Notes: generated by a model from the letters alone, not told the origin. A stretch of 22,721 nucleotides of DNA from Candidatus Thorarchaeota archaeon (GCA_048882385.1 JBHLRQ010000026.1:1-22721); one strand, 5' to 3'. Positions 8,674 through 17,555 are shown, counted from the stretch's first letter. Program-made: numbers and translations.

Positions 8674-9908
8674 GTAATCAGATGACTGAAGAAAGACCAA
8701 GTGAAGAGAAACCTTACAGACGTCTTGAAACGCAGGCGCTCCTGCAACAAATTGCATTTCGCCATGGTCTTGAAGCCATGGAAGCTAGTGAGAATGGCAA
8801 TCTTGCATGGGTGACCTCAGGCTTTCCAGTAGAGATTCCAATTGCTATGAATCTAGGTGTAGTCTATCCAGAACAAGCAGGAGCAATCATTGGAGCTCAG
8901 AAAATAGGTCCTGAAGTTTCTGGTATTGCTGAAGATCTGGGATATTCACAGGAGCTATGTTCTTACGCTCGTGTTAGTATTGGATCCACAGAAAAACCCG
9001 ATGAGGTTCCAATGGGGTCGTTACCAACACCTCAAATTCTCCTTGCTTGTAACAATATCTGTGGGACAGTTCTGAAATGGTATGATGCTATTTCTGAGAT
9101 GACTGGTGCTCCAGTCTTCCTCCTAGACACTCCGCCTATAGAAAAACAACAACTTCCACATAATCAAGAGTATGTGCGTCATGGTGTTGAACGTCTGATT
9201 GAGTTTATTGGGTCTCACTTCAATCGAACCCTTGATGAGGATCGAATTAACCAAGTTGCTGAACTCTCAAGTAGAGCAACAAGACTATGGATTCGCGCTC
9301 TTGAAGCTTGCAAAAATAAACCAAGTCCATTGAACTGTGCTGATAGGTTCTTGACAATGGCTCCTGTAGTTTCAAGTCGGGGTACCGATCATTGTGTGGA
9401 ATTTTACGAATCCTTTGTTGAAGAAGTAGAGGATCGTGTCAAGAATGGAATAGGAGCAATTCGTGACGAAAAGGTTCGCTTGCTATGGGATAACATTCCA
9501 CCTTGGCATACTCTAAGATTCTTCAATATCCTGGCAAGTAGAGGAGTTGCTTTCCCTGCTGATACGTACACTCATGCCTGGACGGGTAATATGGTTGGTA
9601 CAGACACACAATCAATAATCGACGAAGTCGTTGAAACATATTCTAGGGTCTATCTGAACATGGGACTCGATGCCAAGATTGACAAGATGTGCCAGCTCAT
9701 CAAAGATTATGACCTCGATGGATTCGTTATGTTTTCAGTCCGTTCATGCAAACGATACTCGATTGGACAGCTTGTGTCAAAGGAGATAGTTACTGAAAGA
9801 ACAGGTGTTCCAGGTGTAATCATTGAAGGTGATATGGTCGACTCCAGAGTGTATAATGCAGCTCAGATTGAAACCAGAGTGGATGCACTCCTTGAGATGC
9901 TGATGTGA
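8670..9908 (+). CDS. hgdA: 2-hydroxyacyl-CoA dehydratase family subunit (HgdA/HadB/BcrB-like, alpha type)
   Basis: PVEI..A, YPE, ELCSYAR, NNICGT..KW, SCKRYS and RVDALLE motifs; coupled to the upstream gene (GTGA overlap, or ATG 8682). Confidence 0.85.
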   Translation: MSNQMTEERPSEEKPYRRLETQALLQQIAFRHGLEAMEASENGNLAWVTSGFPVEIPIAMNLGVVYPEQAGAIIGAQKIGPEVSGIAEDLGYSQELCSYARVSIGSTEKPDEVPMGSLPTPQILLACNNICGTVLKWYDAISEMTGAPVFLLDTPPIEKQQLPHNQEYVRHGVERLIEFIGSHFNRTLDEDRINQVAELSSRATRLWIRALEACKNKPSPLNCADRFLTMAPVVSSRGTDHCVEFYESFVEEVEDRVKNGIGAIRDEKVRLLWDNIPPWHTLRFFNILASRGVAFPADTYTHAWTGNMVGTDTQSIIDEVVETYSRVYLNMGLDAKIDKMCQLIKDYDLDGFVMFSVRSCKRYSIGQLVSKEIVTERTGVPGVIIEGDMVDSRVYNAAQIETRVDALLEMLM

Positions 9909-9921
9909 GGAGAGATAATCA

Positions 9922-10707
9922 GTGGGTTTGGGTGTAGGAATTGACGTTGGATCAACAACAACAAAGGGAGTCCTGATCGATAGCTCAGGTAAGATTGTAG
10001 CCAAATCACTGATGCAAACAGGTGCGTCTGCAACTCAATCTGTGGAAAAGACAATAAAGAACATATCAGCATCATCCAGTGTTGATCTGAATGGGATTCC
10101 AGTAATTAGTACTGGATATGGTCGAGCACGTGTTGAGCTAGCTGAGAAATCCGTTACCGAGATTACTTGCCATAGTGTTGGAGTACATCACATCAATCCT
10201 GACATTCGATTACTCATCGATGTTGGAGGTCAAGACGCTAAGGTTATTCGTGTAGGTTCCTCTGGAAGACCTGAAGATTTTGAATTAAATGACAAATGTT
10301 CTGCGGGAACCGGTCGATTTCTCGAAGTCATGGCAGGGGTTCTTGAAGTATCTTTAGACGAACTTGGTCCTCTTGCGCTTAAATCAAAGAAACCGAGTTC
10401 AATAAGTAGCACTTGCACTGTCTTTGCTGAGAGTGAGGTCATTGGTCATATCGGTGCAGGAGAATCCGCCGCCGATATTGCAGCAGGAGTTCATGTGTCT
10501 ATGGTTTCAAAAATTACTGCACTAGCGAAACGCGTTGGTGTCAAAGAGCCGGTATGCGTTACTGGTGGGGTTGCTCTCAATCCGGCATTTAGACATCACC
10601 TTTCTAATCAATTGGGTGTAGAACTTTGGGTTCCCGATGAGCCACAACTTACAGGGGCCTTGGGTGCTGCAGTCTTGGCCCTCGAACGCAAAGGTGCCAG
10701 CTCATGA
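9922..10707 (+). CDS. hgdC: ATP-dependent acyl-CoA dehydratase activase (HgdC/HadI/BadF-BadG ASKHA family)
   Basis: GIDVGSTTTK, STGYGR, EITCH, IDVGGQDAK, NDKCSAGTGRFLE, SSTCTVFAESE; SD GAGGAG upstream. Confidence 0.93.
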   Translation: MGLGVGIDVGSTTTKGVLIDSSGKIVAKSLMQTGASATQSVEKTIKNISASSSVDLNGIPVISTGYGRARVELAEKSVTEITCHSVGVHHINPDIRLLIDVGGQDAKVIRVGSSGRPEDFELNDKCSAGTGRFLEVMAGVLEVSLDELGPLALKSKKPSSISSTCTVFAESEVIGHIGAGESAADIAAGVHVSMVSKITALAKRVGVKEPVCVTGGVALNPAFRHHLSNQLGVELWVPDEPQLTGALGAAVLALERKGASS

Positions 10708-11057
10708 CTAAACGAACAAAGGAAGAAATTCATGAGCTGATTAAGTCACATTTGAAGAATGTAGATTATACTGAGAAGAAGATGTTCGGAGGACTTGCTT
10801 TCTTCATAAACAGAAACATGTTCACAGGAACTCATCAATCAAAATTCTTCTTGAGGCTCTCAACGGAGGACCGCGAAGAAGCATTGTTTCAGGATAACAT
10901 CACTATCTTTGAACCTCGGAAGGGTATGATCATGAGAGAGTATATTGTCCTCACTGAATCTCTACTTGATGAACCATCTGAATTGGGAGCCCTAATCACG
11001 AAGTCGGTGTCGTATGTATCAGGTCTTCCACCAAAGGATCCCAGAAAGAAGAAGTGA
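10704..11057 (+). CDS. TfoX/Sxy N-terminal domain family protein
   Basis: EKKMFGGLAFFIN..MF motif and M.EY; ATGA overlap with the activase stop. Confidence 0.8.
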   Translation: MTKRTKEEIHELIKSHLKNVDYTEKKMFGGLAFFINRNMFTGTHQSKFFLRLSTEDREEALFQDNITIFEPRKGMIMREYIVLTESLLDEPSELGALITKSVSYVSGLPPKDPRKKK

Positions 11058-11058
11058 T

Positions 11059-11526
11059 TCACTTAATCTTCTTTGATACTGACTCTCCATAACTTGAGAA
11101 GTCCTCACCCGGCTTAGCTACCTCTAGACCCTCGCGCAACTCAGTGTCTGAAACCTTCTTCATATAGGATCTCCATCTCATCCCATCAAACGCTTGAGGT
11201 ACAGGCTCTTGAACGACCTCAAACCGAATCATATCCTTTGTTCTCTCAATCTCGACTTCGTTGTTCGTGAAACCATATGAGTAGAATGTCTTCCGAAGCA
11301 ATCTCTTGTTACGTTTGTCGTAGTAGAGCATGCTAAGGGCCTTATGAATGAGGTCTCCATCCTTGTTGATGGCTTCATGTCGACCCATAATGTAGACACC
11401 GTTCAACTCCAGAGTGTAGATTTCAGAGGTTTCTATTGTCCCTTCTTCATCAAACTGATCTTTTGAGCCACCTTTCCATTCGCCAATGAGAAAGTGCCAG
11501 TCTTTCAGGGGTGTATCCGAACTCAT
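11059..11526 (-). CDS. DUF1579/THAP4-like beta-barrel hypothetical protein
   Basis: L..LIGEW.G start motif and YD..K pattern typical of this lipocalin-like barrel family. Confidence 0.55.
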   Translation of the reverse strand: MSSDTPLKDWHFLIGEWKGGSKDQFDEEGTIETSEIYTLELNGVYIMGRHEAINKDGDLIHKALSMLYYDKRNKRLLRKTFYSYGFTNNEVEIERTKDMIRFEVVQEPVPQAFDGMRWRSYMKKVSDTELREGLEVAKPGEDFSSYGESVSKKIK

Positions 11527-11567
11527 GTTTCAACATTAGAATAAGAGCCACATAAGACTGCTGAGTA

Positions 11568-12125
11568 TTATGCGCTGATTGGAACAGCCTCTTTCCCAGC
11601 CTTCAAGCCAAGTTCTAGCGCTTTCAGATTTGTTTCTTTGAATCTTGGCCATCTGTCAATAATCTGCTGTTTAAGGCCTTCAATTGATACTATGCCTGTG
11701 ATAGCTGTTAGAGCTCCTAACATCACAACATTTGTAGCTTGTTTCGTTCCCACGTCAACATCAGCAATTCTTGTTGCAGGTATTTTGTATACCTTTACAC
11801 TATCAGGTAAATCGCCCTCTATCTCAACCAAATCCTCATCGACGATTAGAATTCCGTCCTTCTTTAGACCATGGACATACTCGAGATATGCCGCACGACT
11901 CATGGCAACAAATACGTCCGGTTCCTGTACTTTTGGATAGTCGACTTCTTCATCGTCAATTACAAGCTCACTCTTAGTTGCTCCTCCTCTGGCCTCAGGA
12001 CCATAGCTCTGCGTCTGCACGCATTCTTTTTTCTCTACGAGTGATATTGCTTCTCCCAAGACGACTGCCATTGTGACTATTCCTTGACCTCCGAAACCAC
12101 CAAACCTTATTTCGTAGCGTGCCAT
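11568..12125 (-). CDS. korC: 2-oxoacid:ferredoxin oxidoreductase gamma subunit
   Basis: EIRFGGFGGQG, QSYGPEARGG, NVVMLGA; ATG 12125 lies 6 bp after the korB stop. Confidence 0.93.
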   Translation of the reverse strand: MARYEIRFGGFGGQGIVTMAVVLGEAISLVEKKECVQTQSYGPEARGGATKSELVIDDEEVDYPKVQEPDVFVAMSRAAYLEYVHGLKKDGILIVDEDLVEIEGDLPDSVKVYKIPATRIADVDVGTKQATNVVMLGALTAITGIVSIEGLKQQIIDRWPRFKETNLKALELGLKAGKEAVPISA

Positions 12126-12130
12126 CAGAA

Positions 12131-12973
12131 TCACCCTTTGAGCTTCTGATGCATCTCTCTAAGAACTGCTGTGTACTCAGGTTTCTCTATATTTACGAAC
12201 TCTCCACAAACAATTCTATTCTCATAGTCGAGCTCTGCTTCATGTGGTGGAAGACCATTTTGAATCTCAGCCACTTCGAGAAGGTGCTTGTGCATCTCCA
12301 AACCATCACCAAGCCGGTTCATTCGCCCGTATTCAGTTGGGCAAGCTCCAATCACCTCTATGAATGAGAATCCTTCTTTCTTGATGCCTTTTTCTATGGA
12401 TTTGGTAGCTCGTCTTGCTTGGACTGCAGTCCATCTAGCCACAAAGGTTGCACCTGATGACGCAGCCAGTTTGACTAGATTAAAGGGGTGTTCTATGTTT
12501 CCTATTGGTCTCGGACTGGTCTGTGAGTATCTCTCATGTTCAGTTGTCGGTCCGAACTGTCCCCCAGTCATTCCGTAGTTGAAGTTATTCACGCAGACAA
12601 CTGTCATGTCTATGTTCCTACGGCATGCATGTATGAGGTGATTTCCCCCGATCGCTGCAATGTCTCCATCACCACTAACGACAATTACCTCCAGTTCCGG
12701 ATTGGCAATCTTAACACCCTCAGCAAAAGCAATTGCTCTCCCATGAGTGGTGTGATATGTTCCAGTCTTGAAATAACCAGATGTGCGACCAGTACATCCG
12801 ATGCCTGAAACAACAACGGTCTTGTTGAAGTCTAGACCCAGGTTATCGATTGCTCTGGCAACCATGCTTGTGACTATACCAATAGAGCAACCAGAACAAT
12901 AGATCCATGGTTGCCTGTCTTCGCGTATGTATTTCGACATTGGATGCTTCAAGATGGTCGTCGACTCGGTCAT
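12131..12973 (-). CDS. korB: 2-oxoacid:ferredoxin oxidoreductase beta (TPP-binding) subunit
   Basis: CSGC, SGIGC, HGRA, GDGD...IGGNH..H, NN.NYGMTGGQ, CPT. Confidence 0.94.
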   Translation of the reverse strand: MTESTTILKHPMSKYIREDRQPWIYCSGCSIGIVTSMVARAIDNLGLDFNKTVVVSGIGCTGRTSGYFKTGTYHTTHGRAIAFAEGVKIANPELEVIVVSGDGDIAAIGGNHLIHACRRNIDMTVVCVNNFNYGMTGGQFGPTTEHERYSQTSPRPIGNIEHPFNLVKLAASSGATFVARWTAVQARRATKSIEKGIKKEGFSFIEVIGACPTEYGRMNRLGDGLEMHKHLLEVAEIQNGLPPHEAELDYENRIVCGEFVNIEKPEYTAVLREMHQKLKG

Positions 12974-13155
12974 TAGACACTCTCCTGTGCACGAGTCGGG
13001 CCTAGGGCAAAGTGGATTAAAGACTTGTGGGTGTGGTATATGATTCTCTTAACACGGTTCACTTGTTAATGATAGTGAATCACAGTTGATTGAGTCTTCA
13101 CTAATATTATAGTTGAAATTACTTATACATAGACACTCTATGGGGATGTATTGAC

Positions 13156-14145
13156 TTACTTCTTCTTTTGATAATATGGTGACGCATTGAGTATCCGTTT
13201 CCGTGCCAGACCTTTGAACAATTTCGTCACATATTTCATAATTCCAAGCTGAGATTTCATCTCCCCTATGTAGTCCTCAAATGACCTTGACTGAAATTGT
13301 AATAGCTGTTGTGAATCTTGAGTATCGAGCCAATCAGTATAGAAGTATTCCTCTGGTTTTGTAGCAACTCTGAATGCAGAATCTGGGATCATTCCGATTC
13401 CCATTCCTTCAAATAGTTTAGAAACAAACTCACGTTCTAGCATCTGGCAGGATGGACCACCTCCAATGAGGAGAGTCTTTCCAATGGTTTCTGCCTCGAC
13501 AGCATTTGCGCAGGCTTTCCCTACATCCCGAGTGTGGACGAACTCAATCCGTTGGTCAAGGGGGATTTCAAAAACAATCGGATCCATATCTGTGGTGAGT
13601 TCTGCTGGTGGAGCTGCTGCAAATCGTAAGATGGTCCAAGGTACAGTAGAGTTTCTGATCATGCTCTCACAATCGAATTTGGTGTGAGTGTATACATCAG
13701 TTGGATTCAGTGGTTCACTAGCTCTACGTGGTGGCTGCAAGTGCATAGTTGGACCAAATGTAGAAACAGAGCTCGCAAAGACAAATTTCGGAGTCTTGTT
13801 TCGTTTTTCAATTACTCTGAGTATGTTCCTTGTTCCCTCGACATTTACTGATTTTGCAAGTTCTGGTTTTAGCTCTGAGAGAGGTGGAATTATTCCTGCA
13901 AGATGAATGACACAATCAATCTCTTCACAGATCCTGTCGACATGTGATGCATTAAGAATATCTCCCCAAATAGTTTCGAACTTCCCTTTCCTATTCAATT
14001 TCTTGCAAACTTTTTCGTTTCTTTTTGTCTGAACATCAAAACATCTTATTTCATAGTCTTTTTCGAACAAGGCGAGCAATGTGCTCTCTCCTATATTACC
14101 AAAAGCTCCAGTAAGAAGGATTCTTATGAATTCCACAGATTTCAT
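13156..14145 (-). CDS. NAD-dependent epimerase/dehydratase (extended SDR)
   Basis: TGAFGNIG Rossmann motif, HLAG, VNV.GT, ASS, catalytic YTHTK (YxxxK), VHTRDV. Confidence 0.88.
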   Translation of the reverse strand: MKSVEFIRILLTGAFGNIGESTLLALFEKDYEIRCFDVQTKRNEKVCKKLNRKGKFETIWGDILNASHVDRICEEIDCVIHLAGIIPPLSELKPELAKSVNVEGTRNILRVIEKRNKTPKFVFASSVSTFGPTMHLQPPRRASEPLNPTDVYTHTKFDCESMIRNSTVPWTILRFAAAPPAELTTDMDPIVFEIPLDQRIEFVHTRDVGKACANAVEAETIGKTLLIGGGPSCQMLEREFVSKLFEGMGIGMIPDSAFRVATKPEEYFYTDWLDTQDSQQLLQFQSRSFEDYIGEMKSQLGIMKYVTKLFKGLARKRILNASPYYQKKK

Positions 14146-14252
14146 CGCTTTCTTAACTATTACTCAAAAGCCACAACAGAGTTGACAGCACTGCCACTCT
14201 CTCCGAAGAATGCTAATATTCAAAATATGTCGGTAAATCATAGTGGGTTTCA

Positions 14253-15833
14253 ATGACTGGACATAGTATCGAAGCTATTCTCATTACTGATACAAACGGA
14301 AATCCCAGATTTTACATGCAGCTCGACCCTCGTGCATTTGGAATGGATCCTGTTCTTGCTTCCAGTTTTTTCGCTGCAATCGATATGTTCTCCAAAGAAG
14401 TGTTCCAGCAGAGTGCTCCAGTCTTTCATGTTGACTATGGTGCCCATATCTTCACTGTTGTCAATGGAGAAGCAACACACTTGATTGCAGTGGGAGTACA
14501 GAGTCTCAATACAGAGATCATTGCCATCTTGAATTCATTACTCACTGAATTCGAGGAGAAATGGTTGCTTGCAACAGAACTCCTCGGGATTGAAGTATCA
14601 TTCTCGGATGTCTATCTGGAGCCCTTTGGAGAGCGAGTTATGGAGAAGCTCTCGTTCAACGAACTTCCTGACTCTTGGGTGCCATACTTCACTGTTGACC
14701 CTAGTACTGTTGTCAATACAAGTGGGACGTTAGAACCTTTCATTAACGGATCCAGAAATGTGAAAGAAATTCTCGATGTAAGTGGATTGGCTAAGAGAGA
14801 CCTACTTCTTGAGATCTCCCGGATGTGGGCACATCGGGTTATTCGTTTTCGCAATATGCTTGCCTTTGATGATTTTGTGTCTTCAAAGACCCAGTTTCTG
14901 AAATACCTCCAATCAACTTCTAGAGAAACAGAGGCAATGCGGAGCCACTATCCTGAGATGGTTGGAATCATTCCCCGACTAGCTGGTCTTATGAACGGTA
15001 GGCGCACAGTACGAGAGATGCTTATTGAGCTTGGCGAATCGTATGATGAGCGGGAGATCCTTCGTGTTCTTGACCACCTCCTAGAACGAGAGGTCGTTGA
15101 AGCACTCTCTCCTGAAAAGAGAAGAATTCTGCTAGCAAAAGAAGTTCTTGAGATTGCTTTACGCGTCGCTGAGGATTGCTATCAAGAAGGAGAAGCAACA
15201 AAAGCTTTGACTTCAGTCATGAGTAGAAGCGACACACCCGAAACTCTTGGCCAATTACGAGTCACTGACAATCAGTGGTCAGTAGACTTTGACTTCAAAA
15301 TGCTAGAAGGGTTGAACAATCGTAGACTTATGCTGCTCTTTGGAGAGTGGATGAAGCTACTCGCGCAATTTGCGGCACTCCTAGACGCCAAAAATCTTGA
15401 CGAGTTCATTATCAGATTAACAAGTGCGTTCACTGAGCGAGTAATCAACCGATTCTCTCCCTTTGATCTTAGGGGATTTGAAGAATATCCGCTGTGGCTT
15501 GAACAGCTCTGTTCTCAGAGGTCATCACCGGTTCGTAGAATCAAGACTGGTTCACTTAAACCAACAGGAGACAATCCAATTGATGAGATAGTATACACAC
15601 TAGTTACTCGAGGTCAAGGTATCTATGGAACCGAGCGCATCACACGAATTTGTGCTGCATCAAGAGTACCACTCATGGATATCCCTCCTGATTTTTGGAC
15701 TGGTTGGCAGAAAGAAGAGAGCCAACAGAAGTTTCTGGTTGAGTATTCAAAGCTCGGAACTGCTGCCAAGCTTACACTTTTGGTCCTGACAAGACAGCGT
15801 GGCTTGTCACTCCCAAAAATGATAAGCTTCTAG
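14253..15833 (+). CDS. Longin-domain protein with NPRL2-like tandem winged-helix region and a helical C-terminal extension (eukaryotic signature protein)
   Basis: aa 1-105 show a longin pattern (IEAILI..NG.P.F, DPVLASSFFAAIDMFSKE, L..LL.EFEEKW). aa 143-287 contain VPYFT, PFINGSRNVKEI, NGRRTVREML and DEREI, resembling the NPRL2 C-terminal domain as recalled from memory. Confidence 0.72.
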   Translation: MTGHSIEAILITDTNGNPRFYMQLDPRAFGMDPVLASSFFAAIDMFSKEVFQQSAPVFHVDYGAHIFTVVNGEATHLIAVGVQSLNTEIIAILNSLLTEFEEKWLLATELLGIEVSFSDVYLEPFGERVMEKLSFNELPDSWVPYFTVDPSTVVNTSGTLEPFINGSRNVKEILDVSGLAKRDLLLEISRMWAHRVIRFRNMLAFDDFVSSKTQFLKYLQSTSRETEAMRSHYPEMVGIIPRLAGLMNGRRTVREMLIELGESYDEREILRVLDHLLEREVVEALSPEKRRILLAKEVLEIALRVAEDCYQEGEATKALTSVMSRSDTPETLGQLRVTDNQWSVDFDFKMLEGLNNRRLMLLFGEWMKLLAQFAALLDAKNLDEFIIRLTSAFTERVINRFSPFDLRGFEEYPLWLEQLCSQRSSPVRRIKTGSLKPTGDNPIDEIVYTLVTRGQGIYGTERITRICAASRVPLMDIPPDFWTGWQKEESQQKFLVEYSKLGTAAKLTLLVLTRQRGLSLPKMISF

Positions 15834-15906
15834 AGACAATCATATATCGAAGTAATCGTTATCAGATGACTCTCATGTATATTGCTGTCAATAGAGATGA
15901 TTGAAA

Positions 15907-16422
15907 ATGAGTCCGACCTATTTGTTGAAAATCTGCACGGTTGGAGCCGCTTCGGTGGGGAAAACAAGTATTATCATAAGATACTCAACAGGTGCCTTTA
16001 GAGAACATTACTCACCGACACTGGGGACTGGATTTGCTTACAAAAAGATGAAACTAGGCAATAATTTTGTCAACGCCCAGATCTGGGATCTTGGGTCTCA
16101 GGACTTCTTGGAGCGTGTTCGAGCCAACTACTACATTGGAACTCAGGGTGTAGTCTTTATGTTTGATGTCACATCTTGGGAGTCCCTAAACGCTGTTGTC
16201 GACTGGAAAAACGAAGTAGATCGCCATGTAGAAGATTATCAATCCTTGCTTGTTGCAAACAAGATTGATCTGGTTGATGAGAGAGTTGTATCAACAAATG
16301 AAGGGAAAGAAATGGCTGACAAACTTGGGATGGAATATATCGAAGTATCAGTCATGCTTGATAAGAATGTAAACAAGGCTTTCGAGTTAATATCAACAAG
16401 GATTTGCGATTCTTTTATCTAA
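15907..16422 (+). CDS. Rab-like small GTPase (Ras superfamily, eukaryotic signature protein)
   Basis: G1 GAASVGKT, G2 YSPTLG, G3 IWDLGSQ, YY.G, FDVT, G4 NKID, G5 EVSV, NV..AF; no C-terminal prenylation motif. Start at ATG 15907 (TTG 15901 possible). Confidence 0.92.
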   Translation: MSPTYLLKICTVGAASVGKTSIIIRYSTGAFREHYSPTLGTGFAYKKMKLGNNFVNAQIWDLGSQDFLERVRANYYIGTQGVVFMFDVTSWESLNAVVDWKNEVDRHVEDYQSLLVANKIDLVDERVVSTNEGKEMADKLGMEYIEVSVMLDKNVNKAFELISTRICDSFI

Positions 16423-17555
16423 AGGGAGTTTACTTGTCTTATTTTGTCTATAATCTCGTGTGGTAGCTGTGGCATTCCAGCTGGCTTGACCATGAGATGC
16501 ACAGGTGTCGGTGCTGCTTCTGCTTTTACCATATAATAGACTTGTCCGAGGTTCTGCTCAGCCACAATGATATGTTTGACTTCTGAAGCAAGTTCTGCAA
16601 TCTGTTTTTCTGGGAATGGCCAGACTGTCTTAAGGCGAAGCAATCCTGCTTTGATGCCCTCTTTTCTCGCCTCTTTGATCGCTTTCTTGGCACTCCTTGA
16701 TGGTGTGCCATAAGATACAACCCCAATTTTCGCGTCATCTAACATGAATCGTTCCACATCTATGATCTTGTCAGCGTTTTTTCGAATCTTATCATTGAGT
16801 CGTGTTATCAACTCGATCTGAACATTCTCTTTGTCACTCGGGTATCCGCGCTCGTCATGAGTCAATCCAGTAGCATAGAATTGATATTTAGATCCAAATA
16901 GTGCCATTGGGGGAACAAGGTCATCATCAGCTTTGAATGGCAAGTATTCTTCAGGAGGCACTGTGGGAGTCTTGCGGTACTCCAACTTTAGATTTTTTTC
17001 ATCAGGAATGACCAGTCGTTCCCTCATATGACCTACAGTTTCATCTGCTAGTACGAAGACTGGGGTTCGATATCTCTCAGACAAATTGAATGCTTGAACT
17101 GTTTGATCGAACATCTCTTGAACCGAAGCTGGAGTCAATGCAATAATTTGGTAGTCCCCATGACTTCCCCATTTCGCTTGCATGATGTCTCCTTGTTGAC
17201 CTCTTGTTGGTTGACCTGTACTTGGTCCTCCTCTCATGATGTTTACCAGAACTAGTGGAGTTTCAGTCATGACAGCGAGTCCTATTGCCTCCAGCATAAG
17301 ACTAACTCCTGGACCTGAAGTAGCAGTCATTGATTTCACACCAGTCCATGAAGCTCCAATAACGCTTGTAATGGAAGCAATCTCATCTTCGTATTGTACA
17401 TATGCGCCTCCCAATTCCGGCATACGAAGCGACATCCATTCAGCTATCTCAGTTGCAGGTGTGATAGGATATCCTCCAAAATAGCGACATCCTGCACTAA
17501 GAGCGCCCTCTGCGCAAGCGATATCGCCCATTGTGAACATGACTCGTTCAGGCAT
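16419..17555 (-). CDS. korA: 2-oxoacid:ferredoxin oxidoreductase alpha subunit
   Basis: GYPITPATE, EDEIAS, TATSGPG, RGGPSTGQPT, HGDY, TGLTHDE, WPFP. Confidence 0.95.
   Translation of the reverse strand: MPERVMFTMGDIACAEGALSAGCRYFGGYPITPATEIAEWMSLRMPELGGAYVQYEDEIASITSVIGASWTGVKSMTATSGPGVSLMLEAIGLAVMTETPLVLVNIMRGGPSTGQPTRGQQGDIMQAKWGSHGDYQIIALTPASVQEMFDQTVQAFNLSERYRTPVFVLADETVGHMRERLVIPDEKNLKLEYRKTPTVPPEEYLPFKADDDLVPPMALFGSKYQFYATGLTHDERGYPSDKENVQIELITRLNDKIRKNADKIIDVERFMLDDAKIGVVSYGTPSRSAKKAIKEARKEGIKAGLLRLKTVWPFPEKQIAELASEVKHIIVAEQNLGQVYYMVKAEAAPTPVHLMVKPAGMPQLPHEIIDKIRQVNSL

Noticed and set aside
7453-10707. Firm call as class I benzoyl-CoA reductase
   Set aside because: Only one ATPase subunit, the ligases are FadD-like, and no ring-cleavage genes are in the window. 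Kept as a family-level call.
12974-13139. 10-bp direct repeat TAGACACTCT at 12974-12983 and 13130-13139
   Set aside because: It does not flank the block inserted in the kor operon, so it is not a target-site duplication of it. A single 10-mer is plausible by chance.
16402-16422. Cys near the GTPase C-terminus (ICDSFI) as a prenylation signal
   Set aside because: The Cys is fifth from the end, not CaaX, CC or CxC, and there is no hypervariable tail.
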